Source of the DNA: Polyangium sp. y55x31
Lineage (GTDB): Bacteria; Myxococcota_A; Polyangia; Polyangiales; Polyangiaceae
Direction of reading: 5' to 3'
DNA: 64,000 bases
Assembly: GCF_029946505.1 (NCBI RefSeq)
Contig: NZ_JARZHG010000009.1
Location: 170,927-234,926 of the forward strand
Part shown: positions 34,079-43,463 of the stretch, piece by piece
Layout: every line of letters begins with the position of its first letter
Position numbering within the stretch: the stretch's first letter is position 1
Notes under the pieces: model-generated
The model's input: the letters and a program-made list of their open reading frames with translations, nothing else
The model's database searches: none
What the model was told of the DNA's origin: nothing
Translations under genes and position numbers: made by a program

Positions 34079-34954
34079 TCAGCGTGCCGCGGCCATGGCG
34101 AAGGCGATCCCGCTCTGGACCGTGCTCCGTGTGACGATGCCGCCGAGGTCGGCGTGGATCTCGACCAGCGTCTGCGCGACGTCGCGACGAACGCCGGTCA
34201 GCACCACCTTCGCGCCGAGGAGCTGCACCGCGCGGGCGGCCTGGACGAGCGCGTCGGCCACCTGCGTGTCGACCACCGAGATGCCCGTGATGTCGAGGAT
34301 GGCCGTGCGGGCGCCCCGCTCGTTCACGCCTCGGAGGAGCGTCTCCATGGCCTGCCGCACGCGTTGCGCGTCGAGCACGCCGATGAGCGGCATCACCACG
34401 ATCTCGTCGGTGACCGGGATGAGCGGCGTCGACAGCGCGGACAGCGCCGCCTCCTGCGCCTCGATCACCGCTTGCCGGCGCATCCCCTCGGCGAGCGCCT
34501 GCTCGGCGCGCTTGCGATCGGTGATGTCGCGCGCGACGGCGATCACCACGTCGTCCGACATCGGCGTGATGTTCGTGCTGAAGAAGGCCTCCCGACCACC
34601 GGCCGGCAGGTTGTACTCGACCGTGACGAGCCCCTTGCTCTCCAGCGCCGCGCGGACGTGGGACAGGAGGAAATCCGCCATCTCGGGCGGCATGACCTCG
34701 TGCAGCGTCTTGCCGAGCAGCTCGTGGCTCGGCTTGTAGAGAAGGTCTGCCCCGGTGGGCGCGATCTTCAGGTACCGCCCCTCCCCGTTCATGACGATCA
34801 CCACGTCCGTCATGGCCGTGAACATGGCCCGGAGCTCCGCCTCGGCGGCGAGCGCCCCGGCGAGCTCCGCCTCGGCTGCCGCGAGCCGCGCCCGCAGCAC
34901 CTCGACCTCGGCCCGAAGCGACGGGCTTTCATCCTGATCAGCGTTGTCCCGCAT
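34079..34954 (-). CDS. PAS plus STAS domain protein (RsbR/anti-sigma-antagonist-like)
   Basis: A coiled-coil, a PAS fold, and a C-terminal STAS domain (VVMPLIGVLDAQRVRQAMETLL...ILDITGI). The start is set at internal ATG 34954, because the track start overlaps the divergent gene at 35118. Confidence 0.65.
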   Translation of the reverse strand: MRDNADQDESPSLRAEVEVLRARLAAAEAELAGALAAEAELRAMFTAMTDVVIVMNGEGRYLKIAPTGADLLYKPSHELLGKTLHEVMPPEMADFLLSHVRAALESKGLVTVEYNLPAGGREAFFSTNITPMSDDVVIAVARDITDRKRAEQALAEGMRRQAVIEAQEAALSALSTPLIPVTDEIVVMPLIGVLDAQRVRQAMETLLRGVNERGARTAILDITGISVVDTQVADALVQAARAVQLLGAKVVLTGVRRDVAQTLVEIHADLGGIVTRSTVQSGIAFAMAAAR

Positions 34955-35117
34955 CCGTGCGTACGTCCCCTGCGGGACGGACGATGTCCAGGCCCCTGTC
35001 GCGCCTCTTTTCGAGGTGTCGCCGACCCCACCGCCCCCGGGCGGTGGAGCGGAGTGATGGCGAGCACGAGACCAAGCGGGACTACCCAAGGACGTCCGGA
35101 TCTGGGAGGCTCCGCGC

Positions 35118-36290
35118 ATGTGGCGCCGCGTCGAGCTTCGGAATTACCGCAGCATCGAGCACGTGAAGGTCGACCTCGCCCCGTTCACCCTGCTCGTCGG
35201 GCCGAACGGAAGCGGGAAGTCGAACTTTGCCGATGCGCTGGCGTTCGTGCGGGATGTGGCGTTCGACGCGGTGACGGCGGTTGAGCGACGAGGCGGAATA
35301 GGTGAACTGCGACGCTGGCGCCCCACGAAGCCGACGGACATCTCTGTAGACATCCGAAGTGCCGCTTCTGAGCCGGCACTCGAGAGCACGTACGTACGGC
35401 ACTACTTCAAGATTCATAGCGGCCGTGAAGGCAGGTGGTCCTTCAGCCGAGAAATCGTCGAGGTAGTGAGGGACGGGGACGGCGTCTTCAATGTCGTCAG
35501 GGAACGCGGGAGAATTTCGCTGCACACGGAAAGCGCTCTCGACCGACTCACGGAGTTGGCGTCGGCGGCCGCCAGCCGAGCGCTCAGCGACATGAGCAGC
35601 GCGATGGTACTGGCGCGCCAATTCCGAGCCATGAAGAGCCACGCAGGCTTGCGAGAAGTGCGACGGATCCGCCTCACCCCTGACGCGATGCGACTCCCGC
35701 AGCCTGCCACGGAGAATACACGCCTGGATGAGACGGGCAGCAATGTGGCCGCCGCTTACCGAAGTCTCAAGGCAGACGCTCAGGAAGATGTTCTCGCAGC
35801 CATGCAGAAGATCGTGCCGGGTCTGTCAGGGATCTACGTGGAGAACTTCGATCGCTTCCTACTTCTCAAGTTCGCGCAGCGGCAAGGAGATGAACAGGCG
35901 ACATTTTCGGCCGCCGCCATGTCCGAGGGAACTTTGCGCGCCCTTGGTATCCTCATTGCAGCGGAGCAGATGACCAAGGACGAACTCTTGATCATCGAAG
36001 AACCCGAAGTAGCCATCCACGTCGGAGCCGCCCAGCTCCTCTTCGACGTCTTGAAGCGCGCCTCGGAGCGCGGCGCCGTCCTCGTCACGACCCACAGCGC
36101 CGACCTCCTGGACGCCGCCAAGGACGAAGAGATCCTCGTCTGCGCCTACCGCGACGGCGTCACGAAGATCGGCCCCCTCGCCTCCGAGCAACGCGCTGTC
36201 GTGAAGGAAGGTCTCTTCTCCGTCGCGGAACTCATGCGCTCCGAGCCCCTGCGCATCGAGGGCGAGCCGATCCCCGCGGTCGAGCCGTGA
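35118..36290 (+). CDS. ABC-type ATPase (AAA_15/AAA_21, OLD/RecF-like), paralogous to 31657..32718
   Basis: Walker A GPNGSGKS, signature-like MSEGTLRALGIL, Walker B LIIEEPEVAIH, and H-loop VTTHS. The 5' half has clearly lower GC and A/T-ending codons (aga, ata, gga) that are foreign to this genome. Confidence 0.8.
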   Translation: MWRRVELRNYRSIEHVKVDLAPFTLLVGPNGSGKSNFADALAFVRDVAFDAVTAVERRGGIGELRRWRPTKPTDISVDIRSAASEPALESTYVRHYFKIHSGREGRWSFSREIVEVVRDGDGVFNVVRERGRISLHTESALDRLTELASAAASRALSDMSSAMVLARQFRAMKSHAGLREVRRIRLTPDAMRLPQPATENTRLDETGSNVAAAYRSLKADAQEDVLAAMQKIVPGLSGIYVENFDRFLLLKFAQRQGDEQATFSAAAMSEGTLRALGILIAAEQMTKDELLIIEEPEVAIHVGAAQLLFDVLKRASERGAVLVTTHSADLLDAAKDEEILVCAYRDGVTKIGPLASEQRAVVKEGLFSVAELMRSEPLRIEGEPIPAVEP

Positions 36291-36883
36291 AGCGCCTCGT
36301 CTGCATCGTCGAGGGCAAGGGCGAGGTGCAGGCCGTCCCGAACCTCTGCTTTTCCGTCTTCCGTTACCTCGGCGTGGAGGGCTGGCTCGTCGACAAGGAG
36401 CCGATCAAACAGCCGCGTAGCCAGCTCGTCGACGAGCGCGTCCCGAGCCCCCGCCGTCCTTGCCGCAAAGAAGGGATCACACGCGCCGTCGCGCTCGCCC
36501 GCGCACGACGTGCGAACGCCGCGTTGATCCTCTGCGACGCCGACGATGACTGCCCGGCCACCTGGGGCCCGGATGCCGCGCGCGCCATCCCGACCGTCAT
36601 CGATGGAGCCGCAGTCATGGCCTCACGCGAGTACGAGACATGGCTCCTCCACAGCTTCTCGGACGAGGAACGCAGGAAGGCCAAGGTCACCACCGCCGAC
36701 CTGCGCAAGCGCGACGCGAAGGGACTACTCGCCCGGCTCGTACCTGGTTACTTGCCGACCACCCACCAGCTCGACATCACCCGTCGCATCGATGTCGCTC
36801 GTGTCCGAACCCACTCGGACAGCTTCGACAAGCTCGTCCGTGACCTCGCTCGGCTGTGTGGCGTGACACCCCCGCCACGATGA
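36287..36883 (+). CDS. TOPRIM-like DUF4276-type protein, coupled to the upstream ATPase (split-OLD / AbiL- or PARIS-like partner)
   Basis: GTG 36287 overlaps the ATPase stop (GTGA). Conserved Glu in CIVEGKGE and a DxD-type motif LILCDADDDC are as in TOPRIM. 198 aa. Confidence 0.65.
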   Translation: MKRLVCIVEGKGEVQAVPNLCFSVFRYLGVEGWLVDKEPIKQPRSQLVDERVPSPRRPCRKEGITRAVALARARRANAALILCDADDDCPATWGPDAARAIPTVIDGAAVMASREYETWLLHSFSDEERRKAKVTTADLRKRDAKGLLARLVPGYLPTTHQLDITRRIDVARVRTHSDSFDKLVRDLARLCGVTPPPR

Positions 36884-36934
36884 GCCCGCGTCTCTGGAGA
36901 CAGGACCGCAAGCGTCATCGGAGACGGTCACGAC

Positions 36935-37385
36935 CCTCCTGCAAGCCTGGTCGACCTGTCTCCAAGACAGTCCCGACCCTCCCGAATCCCTCCTCGACCG
37001 GCCTCTGGGACGGCCCCGACCCTCCCGAATCCCTTCTCGACCACCCTCCGAGGTGACTCCGACCCCTCCCCGAACCCTCGCCGACCTGTCTCCAAGACGG
37101 CCCCGACCCTCCCGAACCCCTCGTCGACCCCCCTCCGAGGTGACTCCGACCCCTCCCCAAACCCTCGCCGACAGGCTGCCGAGATGGTCTCGACCTTCCC
37201 GCAGGCCTCGTCGACCCCCCCCCGAGGTGACTCCGACCCCTCCCCAAACCCTCGACGACAGGCTGCCGAGACGGTCTCGACCCTCCCGCACCCCTCGTCG
37301 ACCTGTCTCCGAGGTGACTCCGACCCCCCCAGAACCCTCGTCGACCTGTCTGCCGACCTGGTCTCAACTCACCCAATCGACCGGA
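36935..37385. repeat. degenerate tandem-repeat array (~44-bp sub-unit, ~89-bp super-unit, about 5 copies) in a convergent intergenic region
   Basis: Units such as GACGGCCCCGACCCTCCCGAA(C/T)CCCT(C/T)GTCGACC alternate with CTCCGAGGTGACTCCGACCCCTCCCC(A/G)AACCCTCG(C/A)CGAC. It is not a CRISPR array: there are no regular unique spacers. Confidence 0.75.
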
Positions 37386-38661
37386 GCGCCGCGACCACCC
37401 CACCGAGCGACGCCCGGTCATCCCGATCGAGCGCGCTCGTCCCGCGGGACAGCGCCTCCACCAGCACCCGCAGATCCCCGTCGCGCACCGGCGGCTCCAT
37501 CGACGACACCCGCTCGGCCCGCGCCACGTCGTCCAGCAAAAGACCGAACTCCCGCTCGTCGAGCCCGAACGCCTGCGCCTGCTTCGACACCACGCCCGCC
37601 GCGCTCGCCACCGCCGCCAGGCCCTTGCGCGCTTGCAGCCCGAGCCGCGTCAGCTCCGCGCGCTCCCGCAGCGACCGATACGCCGACTCGATCACGTCGA
37701 GATCCGCCCGCGCGTGGGCCAGCGGATCCTTCGGGCGTCCGTCGTCGTCGTCGTCGTCGTCCTCGTCCGCGTCCGGGGCCGGCGGCGGGATCGTGGGTCG
37801 CCGCGCCGTGACCTCTTCGAGCTCGGCGCGCGCCTCGGCGATCGCCGCGAGATAACCGTCGATCGCCGCCGTCGCTGCGGCGAGGCGCGCCTCCGGATCT
37901 CCCGGCGCGGCCGGATCGAGCCCCGCGATCTCCGCGGGCCGCTTGCGCACGAGCTTCTTGATCGGCATCGCGCACGCGAGCCGGAACGCCGCGGCCTCCG
38001 CCGCTGCGAGCACACGCTCCCCGAGCTCGATCCGGAGCGTCAGCTCGTCCCGAAGGCGCGCGACCTCCGGCGCGAGCCGCGCCTCGCCCGTGCCGTTTGC
38101 CGTCTGGAGCTTCTGCCCGAGCGCCGCGCGTGTATCCACGAGCGTGCCGAGCGCCTCGCGGAGCCTCGTCAGCGCATCGTCGGCGGCCCTGAGCTCCGCG
38201 CGCAGATCCTCCCCTGCGAGCCGCTTCTTCGCCGTCGCTTCGAGCTTCGCCGTCTCCGCCGCCCGCGCCGCCGAGAGCGCTTTGTTCTGCACGACGCGCG
38301 CGCCTTGTCGCTTCGCGGCCGTCCGCATCGCGAGCATCGACAGCGCGAGCGTCCCTCCGCGCGAGAGCGCGCCGAGCGCCGCGGCGAACGTGATCGTCCC
38401 GATCGTGCCACCAACGGTCGACGTCGCGATCACGAAGGCGAACGTGATCACGCCGAGGATCGTGGCGATCGCGCGCAGCACACGCGCGCGGCCTGCCATG
38501 ACCTCGGGCAGCACCCCGCGCGGCGCGGCGAGCCCTTCGAGCCCCTGCGCCGCCGCGGCGAGCACGTACGCGCCCGCCGCGAGCACGAAGAGCAGCGACA
38601 CGAACGCAACCACGCCCGCCAGCGTCGCGACGATCTGCCCGAGAAAGGTGATCTCGATCAT
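37369..38661 (-). CDS. membrane protein with N- and mid-region TM helices and an extended coiled-coil, hypothetical (last gene of the VIT-vWA operon)
   Basis: 430 aa. Two hydrophobic clusters, long heptad-like Ala/Glu/Arg-rich helices, and an acidic D8 tract. Confidence 0.6.
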   Translation of the reverse strand: MIEITFLGQIVATLAGVVAFVSLLFVLAAGAYVLAAAAQGLEGLAAPRGVLPEVMAGRARVLRAIATILGVITFAFVIATSTVGGTIGTITFAAALGALSRGGTLALSMLAMRTAAKRQGARVVQNKALSAARAAETAKLEATAKKRLAGEDLRAELRAADDALTRLREALGTLVDTRAALGQKLQTANGTGEARLAPEVARLRDELTLRIELGERVLAAAEAAAFRLACAMPIKKLVRKRPAEIAGLDPAAPGDPEARLAAATAAIDGYLAAIAEARAELEEVTARRPTIPPPAPDADEDDDDDDDGRPKDPLAHARADLDVIESAYRSLRERAELTRLGLQARKGLAAVASAAGVVSKQAQAFGLDEREFGLLLDDVARAERVSSMEPPVRDGDLRVLVEALSRGTSALDRDDRASLGGVVAALRSIG

Positions 38662-38671
38662 GCGCCTCTCC

Positions 38672-41600
38672 TCAGAGCGTGACCTCCGTGTCCTTCGCGC
38701 CGAGCTTCGCCTTCCGGATCGTCACACGAAACGCCTTCCCGTCCCATGCGATCGCGTGCAGCGTGACGGGCACGTCGCGCCCCAGGCTCGCCTTGCGGAG
38801 ACGCGCCAGAAACGCGAGGCGCCCTTCGTCGCCGAGCGGCAGCTCCACCGCCGAGATCCCGATCGACGCCGCATCCGAGACCTCGGTCAGCGTCGCCTCG
38901 ACCTCGCCGTCCTTCCCGACGAGCCCGAGCTCCGTATCGAGATCCTCCCACGTGAGGATCGCGAGCGCGCTCGGGCCGCTGAAGAGCGACAGCTCCTTCA
39001 GCTTGCGCGAGAGCCCCTCGGCGAGGCTCGGCTCCACCGGTTTGCCCTCGCCTTCGAGCAGCCGCGCGAGGTGCGCCGCGGCCCAGAGCCGCGCCCAGAG
39101 ACGCGGATCCCGCGGCCCCGGCGTGCCCTCGGCCGACGCGACTTGCCGCTCCAGACGAAGCGCCTCGTCCACACGCCCGCTGCCCGCGGCCGCGAGCGCG
39201 AGGCGCAGGAAGCTCGGCGCGTCCGCGGCCGGAAGATCCGTGAGCGTCTTGTATTGCCGGTACGCCGCGCCGTACCAGCCGTGCCGCAGGAACACGTCGC
39301 CGAGCAGCCGCCGCGACGCGGCGCTCTGCGAATCGAACTCGACGATCTCCGAGTACGTCCGGAGCGCCTCGTCCTGGAACCCCTGCGCCGCGAGCACGTC
39401 GCCGAGCGCGAGCGCGAGGTCGGGGCTCATGAAGCCACGATCACGCAGGCGCCTTCCTTGCGCGAGCGCGTCGTCCTTCTTGCCCGCCTCCGCGAGCAGC
39501 CGCACGACCCGCAGATCACCCTGCGGATCACCGGGCGCGACGAGCATCCGCTCGCGCAGCTTCGCGAGCTTCGCGTCCACGCCGTCGATCGCGGCGAGCT
39601 CCGCGTCCACCTGCTCCCAGGCGATCTTGTCGCCGAAGAGCGCGCGCCGCACGGACGCGGCGATCCGCGGATCGACCGAGCGACGCAGGATCGCCTGCGC
39701 CACGTACGCGCGCGTGTCCGGCGCCGACTCGAAGTGCGCGAGCAGCATGGTCACGGCGTCCTCGGTGCGGGCCTTCTGCTGGAGCAGGTCGAGCAGCGCT
39801 TGCTCGGCGCGCCAGTCCGGGATCTCGCACGCGCCGCGCGCGGCCTGGTACCGCGACACGAGCGTCTTGCCGTCGAGCTCGCCGCGCAGCCGCTTCGACC
39901 ACATCACGATGCGGTCCGCGAGCGGCCTCCGCGCGATGTCGCTGCACGGCGTGGCCGGCGGCGTGACGGGCGGGAGGAACCGCCCCGCCGTCGCCGCCCC
40001 CACCGGCTGCTTCTTCGTCGCGTCGAACGTGGACGTCGACGTCGACGTCGGGGGCGGCGGCGGCGCCTCGGGCGCGTGAACCTTCTCCTTGTTGAACGCG
40101 AGGAACTCCCCGTTCGCCGGCCCGGTCACCGACGATCGCGTGGCAGCCTTCTCCTCCTGCCCGTCGCTCCCCTCCCGCTCCACCGCCCCGCGGAACGCCC
40201 CCCCGCCGCCGCCCGGCGCAGGCTTCGCAGGCGGGGCCCCGTTCGCGGCGACCGCGGGCTCCGGCTCCGCGGGCGTGGCCGTCGGCATGACCGTCGGCGG
40301 TGGCGTCTGCGCCTGCTCCTCCGTCGGTTTGTCATCGGCCAAGGCCTCCGATACGGGCGCCTGCTGCAGCGGCGCGGGCGCGGCCGCCACGCTCTCCGAT
40401 GCCGGCGCCTCCTCCTTGCTGCGAAGGCTGCACCCCATCGCCACCGCGGGCGCCGGGTTCAACGCTGCATCCATCAGCGCCCGCTCCGTGCGCGCATCGA
40501 GCGCGGTCAGCCGCACGCCACGCAGCGGCGAATACCTCCGCCGGATCCCTTGCCGCGCATACGCCGCCTCGCTCTCCAGCGCGAGGATGCTCGTGAACGG
40601 CGTCATCAGCCCGTATTCGAGCCCGACCTCCACGATCTTGCCGCGCTGCTCCTCCGGATCCGTCACCTCGCCGAGCAGCCGCCGCACCTTCTCCGCCGCC
40701 CACAGCCGCGGCACGAGCGACGTGCTCGTCCCCTGCGCGAGCGTGATCGGATACTTCTTCGAGAAATCTTTCCCGCCCACGCGACCCTTCACGGTCGCCT
40801 CGGCCGGCAGCGCGTGGTGCGTCCGCGCGAACAGGAGCACCTCCTCTCCGCGCGACACCTTCCCGCTCGCCGTGAGCATCGCCTCGTCGAGCCCCGCGCC
40901 GAGATCGATCACGAGCTCCGTGATCGTAGGCGTCTTGATCGCGCTCGCGAGCCGCAAAACCTCGCTCGTCGCCGTCTCCATCCGATCGATGCGGAAGCTC
41001 TGCCCGCCGCCCTGCCGCGCGAGCTCACGCAAGAGCCCCACGTTGCTTTGTGTGCCAACGGCCACCGTGAAGAGCCGCGCCCGCGACGTCGACAGACTCC
41101 GCCGCAGCCGCTCCGACAATCGATCGCCGCTCACCTCACCCGACGTGGGCAAACCATCGCCGATGTAGACCACCGCCGGCTGCTCGGTCCCGTGCAGCCG
41201 CCCGAGCGCCGCGTCGAAGAGCGCGCCGAGATCCGTCGCGCCGCCCGACGCGTGCTCCGCGAGCCGCGCCAGGGCCGCCGCGATCTCCTTGTCCGTCGCC
41301 TCCGCGAGCCCTTCCTTCGGCCAGAGCACCGTCGGCGCCGAGTCGATCGCGATGAGGACGAACTTGTCCTTCTGCGACAGCGCCCGCAGGATCGCCTCCG
41401 CCGCGGCCGCCTTCTGCTGCCGCACCGCCTCGTCTCCCGACGCCGACGTGTCGACCACGACCGCCACGTCCCCCGGCGGCTCGGGCACCGCGGCCCAGTC
41501 GATGTCCGGCACGTACCGCGACATCACGTAATCGGCCCGATCCGCGCCCGCGGCGAACCGCGAGACCGTCAGCGCGGCCCGATTCGAAGGCTCGATCGGC

Positions 41601-42883
41601 GTCGCTTCGAGCTGGAAGTCCGCGCGCGGCAGATACCCGCTCCGGCGCATCGTCACGCGCCGCCCGCCGTCCTCGACCACCGCGTCCGCGAGGCTCGCGA
41701 TGCGCATCTTCGAGCCCGCCGCGCCGAGGTCCACCTCGAGGGAAAACTCCCCGATCCGCGCCGGATCCTCGCCGCGCATCGGATAGAGGTACTCGAGCTT
41801 GCCGCCCTGCGAAGGCAGCACTTCGAGGTACCGGAGCACCACGCGGCGCGAGCCCGACGCCGGGATCGGGTAGATGCGCGAGCGGTAGGTCCGCCCGTCG
41901 ATCCATTCGAGCAGCGCGGGCGAATTCCCCGTCGCCACGGCCGTCGCGTACTTCGCGGCGGCCTCCTTGCGCTCGGTCACCTCGCCCTCGACGAGCACGC
42001 CGTTCGTCTCGACCGCGAACGACGTCACGATCGCCCGCTCCGGCACGCTGAACCAGTACCAGCCCTCGAGCGCGCCTCCGCCCGGGTTGCCGAACGTCTG
42101 ATCGACCTCGGTCTCGGCGAGCCCCTCGCGGATCACCGCCCGCACCGACTGGCGGCTGACCTCGAGCACCTTCGCCTTTTCCCCGGCAAGCCCGGGGCTC
42201 ACGCCGTAGATCCGGCCCGCGCCGCTGCCCGCGCCCGCGAGCGGCCGACCGTCGCCCATGCCGCCGGTCCAGTCGTCCCAGAAGAGCACCGGGCTCACCT
42301 TGGGTTTGTCGTTCCCGGACGCCTGCGCCTGCTCCCCGGCGCTCACCTCCACGCGCCCGCCCGGCGACGTCAGCACCGCGAGCCCGCGCGTCACGACGAC
42401 CACGACCTCGGCGCCCGCGCGCCGGATCGACAGACCCGCGTCCGCCGCGGCGATCGTCGCGTCCCCGGCCTTGTGCTGGAGGCCGCCGCGCTCCGAGGGC
42501 GGCGCGTCGAGCCAAACCTCGCCCGCCACGATCTCGGCGCCGTCCGGCTGGAGCCGCACCGTCGAGTCACCCCGCAAAAACAAGGACGATCCGTCCGAGA
42601 GCCGCACGAGCGCCCGCGCCCCGTTCCCGGTCGCGAGCTCCGCGCCGGCGCCGAGCGGCGCGCCCGAGATCACCGTGCTGCCCTTTCCGCCCTCGACGAG
42701 CCGCACCTCGCCGGCCGCGAGCTCGAGCCGCGCATCCACGACGCCCGCGCGCACCGGCGGGACGCGTTGCGTTTTGATGAACACGACGAGGCTCGCGACG
42801 AGCACGAGCAGGCCGATCGCCGCGCGCAGCGGCAGGGGGTGGGTCTTCGCGAGCGCCCTGATTCGATCCAGCGAGCGGGTCAT
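38672..42883 (-). CDS. membrane-anchored VIT plus von Willebrand factor A domain protein with a long TPR-like C-terminal region
   Basis: TM anchor, then a FecR-like beta region, a VIT domain, and vWA with MIDAS VVDTSASG. A Pro/Ala-rich linker and a helical-repeat C-terminus follow. The start is set at ATG 42883 (MTRSLD, GGAGGA upstream). The track start at 43171 is rejected. Confidence 0.75.
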   Translation of the reverse strand: MTRSLDRIRALAKTHPLPLRAAIGLLVLVASLVVFIKTQRVPPVRAGVVDARLELAAGEVRLVEGGKGSTVISGAPLGAGAELATGNGARALVRLSDGSSLFLRGDSTVRLQPDGAEIVAGEVWLDAPPSERGGLQHKAGDATIAAADAGLSIRRAGAEVVVVVTRGLAVLTSPGGRVEVSAGEQAQASGNDKPKVSPVLFWDDWTGGMGDGRPLAGAGSGAGRIYGVSPGLAGEKAKVLEVSRQSVRAVIREGLAETEVDQTFGNPGGGALEGWYWFSVPERAIVTSFAVETNGVLVEGEVTERKEAAAKYATAVATGNSPALLEWIDGRTYRSRIYPIPASGSRRVVLRYLEVLPSQGGKLEYLYPMRGEDPARIGEFSLEVDLGAAGSKMRIASLADAVVEDGGRRVTMRRSGYLPRADFQLEATPIEPSNRAALTVSRFAAGADRADYVMSRYVPDIDWAAVPEPPGDVAVVVDTSASGDEAVRQQKAAAAEAILRALSQKDKFVLIAIDSAPTVLWPKEGLAEATDKEIAAALARLAEHASGGATDLGALFDAALGRLHGTEQPAVVYIGDGLPTSGEVSGDRLSERLRRSLSTSRARLFTVAVGTQSNVGLLRELARQGGGQSFRIDRMETATSEVLRLASAIKTPTITELVIDLGAGLDEAMLTASGKVSRGEEVLLFARTHHALPAEATVKGRVGGKDFSKKYPITLAQGTSTSLVPRLWAAEKVRRLLGEVTDPEEQRGKIVEVGLEYGLMTPFTSILALESEAAYARQGIRRRYSPLRGVRLTALDARTERALMDAALNPAPAVAMGCSLRSKEEAPASESVAAAPAPLQQAPVSEALADDKPTEEQAQTPPPTVMPTATPAEPEPAVAANGAPPAKPAPGGGGGAFRGAVEREGSDGQEEKAATRSSVTGPANGEFLAFNKEKVHAPEAPPPPPTSTSTSTFDATKKQPVGAATAGRFLPPVTPPATPCSDIARRPLADRIVMWSKRLRGELDGKTLVSRYQAARGACEIPDWRAEQALLDLLQQKARTEDAVTMLLAHFESAPDTRAYVAQAILRRSVDPRIAASVRRALFGDKIAWEQVDAELAAIDGVDAKLAKLRERMLVAPGDPQGDLRVVRLLAEAGKKDDALAQGRRLRDRGFMSPDLALALGDVLAAQGFQDEALRTYSEIVEFDSQSAASRRLLGDVFLRHGWYGAAYRQYKTLTDLPAADAPSFLRLALAAAGSGRVDEALRLERQVASAEGTPGPRDPRLWARLWAAAHLARLLEGEGKPVEPSLAEGLSRKLKELSLFSGPSALAILTWEDLDTELGLVGKDGEVEATLTEVSDAASIGISAVELPLGDEGRLAFLARLRKASLGRDVPVTLHAIAWDGKAFRVTIRKAKLGAKDTEVTL

Positions 42884-43040
42884 GGTCCTCCGGAGCCGAC
42901 GAAGGCGAACGGCCCGGGGGGGCTCGGAGCTGACACCCCGCTCGATGGTCCCCCCGGCCGCGCGGTCCATGTTCGCGCCGTCCACGCGGCGAGGGAAAGA
43001 TTTCTCGCGCGACGCGCGATTGCTCCGGCGCGACCGGCGC

Positions 43041-43463
43041 TCAGAACCCCGGCTTTTTTTCGGGCGGCGGCACGGCAGAGAGGCGCCCCGTCGGCGTCCG
43101 TGTGACGTCAGGCACCATCGACGATCGCCCCGGGGAGGACGGCGGGATCGTGGGGCGCCCCATCCGGGCAAAGACCCGCTCCGGCGTCTCCCCCTCGGAC
43201 GACTCCATACCCATCGTCTCGCGGACGAGGATCCCGATCTGGTAACAAATGGTCCCCGCGTCCCGCACGCCGCGCTTCAAGAGCAATGGAGGCAGCGTCT
43301 TTTCGAGCACCACGATCATCGAGCGCGGCGACACGTTCTTCGGCAAAAAGCCCGCCTCCCGGAGCGCGAACCGGAGCGTCCCCCGCGCCTCCAGCCGGCT
43401 CAGCTTGGAGAGCCGCTCGAGCTCCTCGGCGACCCGCTCGAAGACCCGCGACCCCTCGCTCAT
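43041..43463 (-). CDS. small hypothetical protein (140 aa), translationally coupled to the upstream 7-TM gene
   Basis: ATG 43463 overlaps the upstream stop (ATGA) and has GGGAGAAG RBS. The track ORF 43041..44303 is an over-extension. Confidence 0.5.
   Translation of the reverse strand: MSEGSRVFERVAEELERLSKLSRLEARGTLRFALREAGFLPKNVSPRSMIVVLEKTLPPLLLKRGVRDAGTICYQIGILVRETMGMESSEGETPERVFARMGRPTIPPSSPGRSSMVPDVTRTPTGRLSAVPPPEKKPGF

Noticed and set aside
36935-37385. Possible CRISPR array
   Set aside because: The repeats are contiguous and degenerate with no unique spacers of regular length, and no cas genes are nearby. I call it a minisatellite.
36725-37811. ORFs translating the repeat array (188 aa minus; 252 aa plus, TPTPPxTLAD repeats)
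   Set aside because: They are periodic artefacts of the DNA repeat with no RBS or start context, and they overlap the 3' end of the convergent gene.
37943-43105. 1720-aa plus-strand ORF, the longest in the track
   Set aside because: It is antisense to the VIT-vWA gene. Its translation is extremely Arg/Pro/Ala-rich with no motifs, while the opposite strand has VIT and vWA MIDAS.
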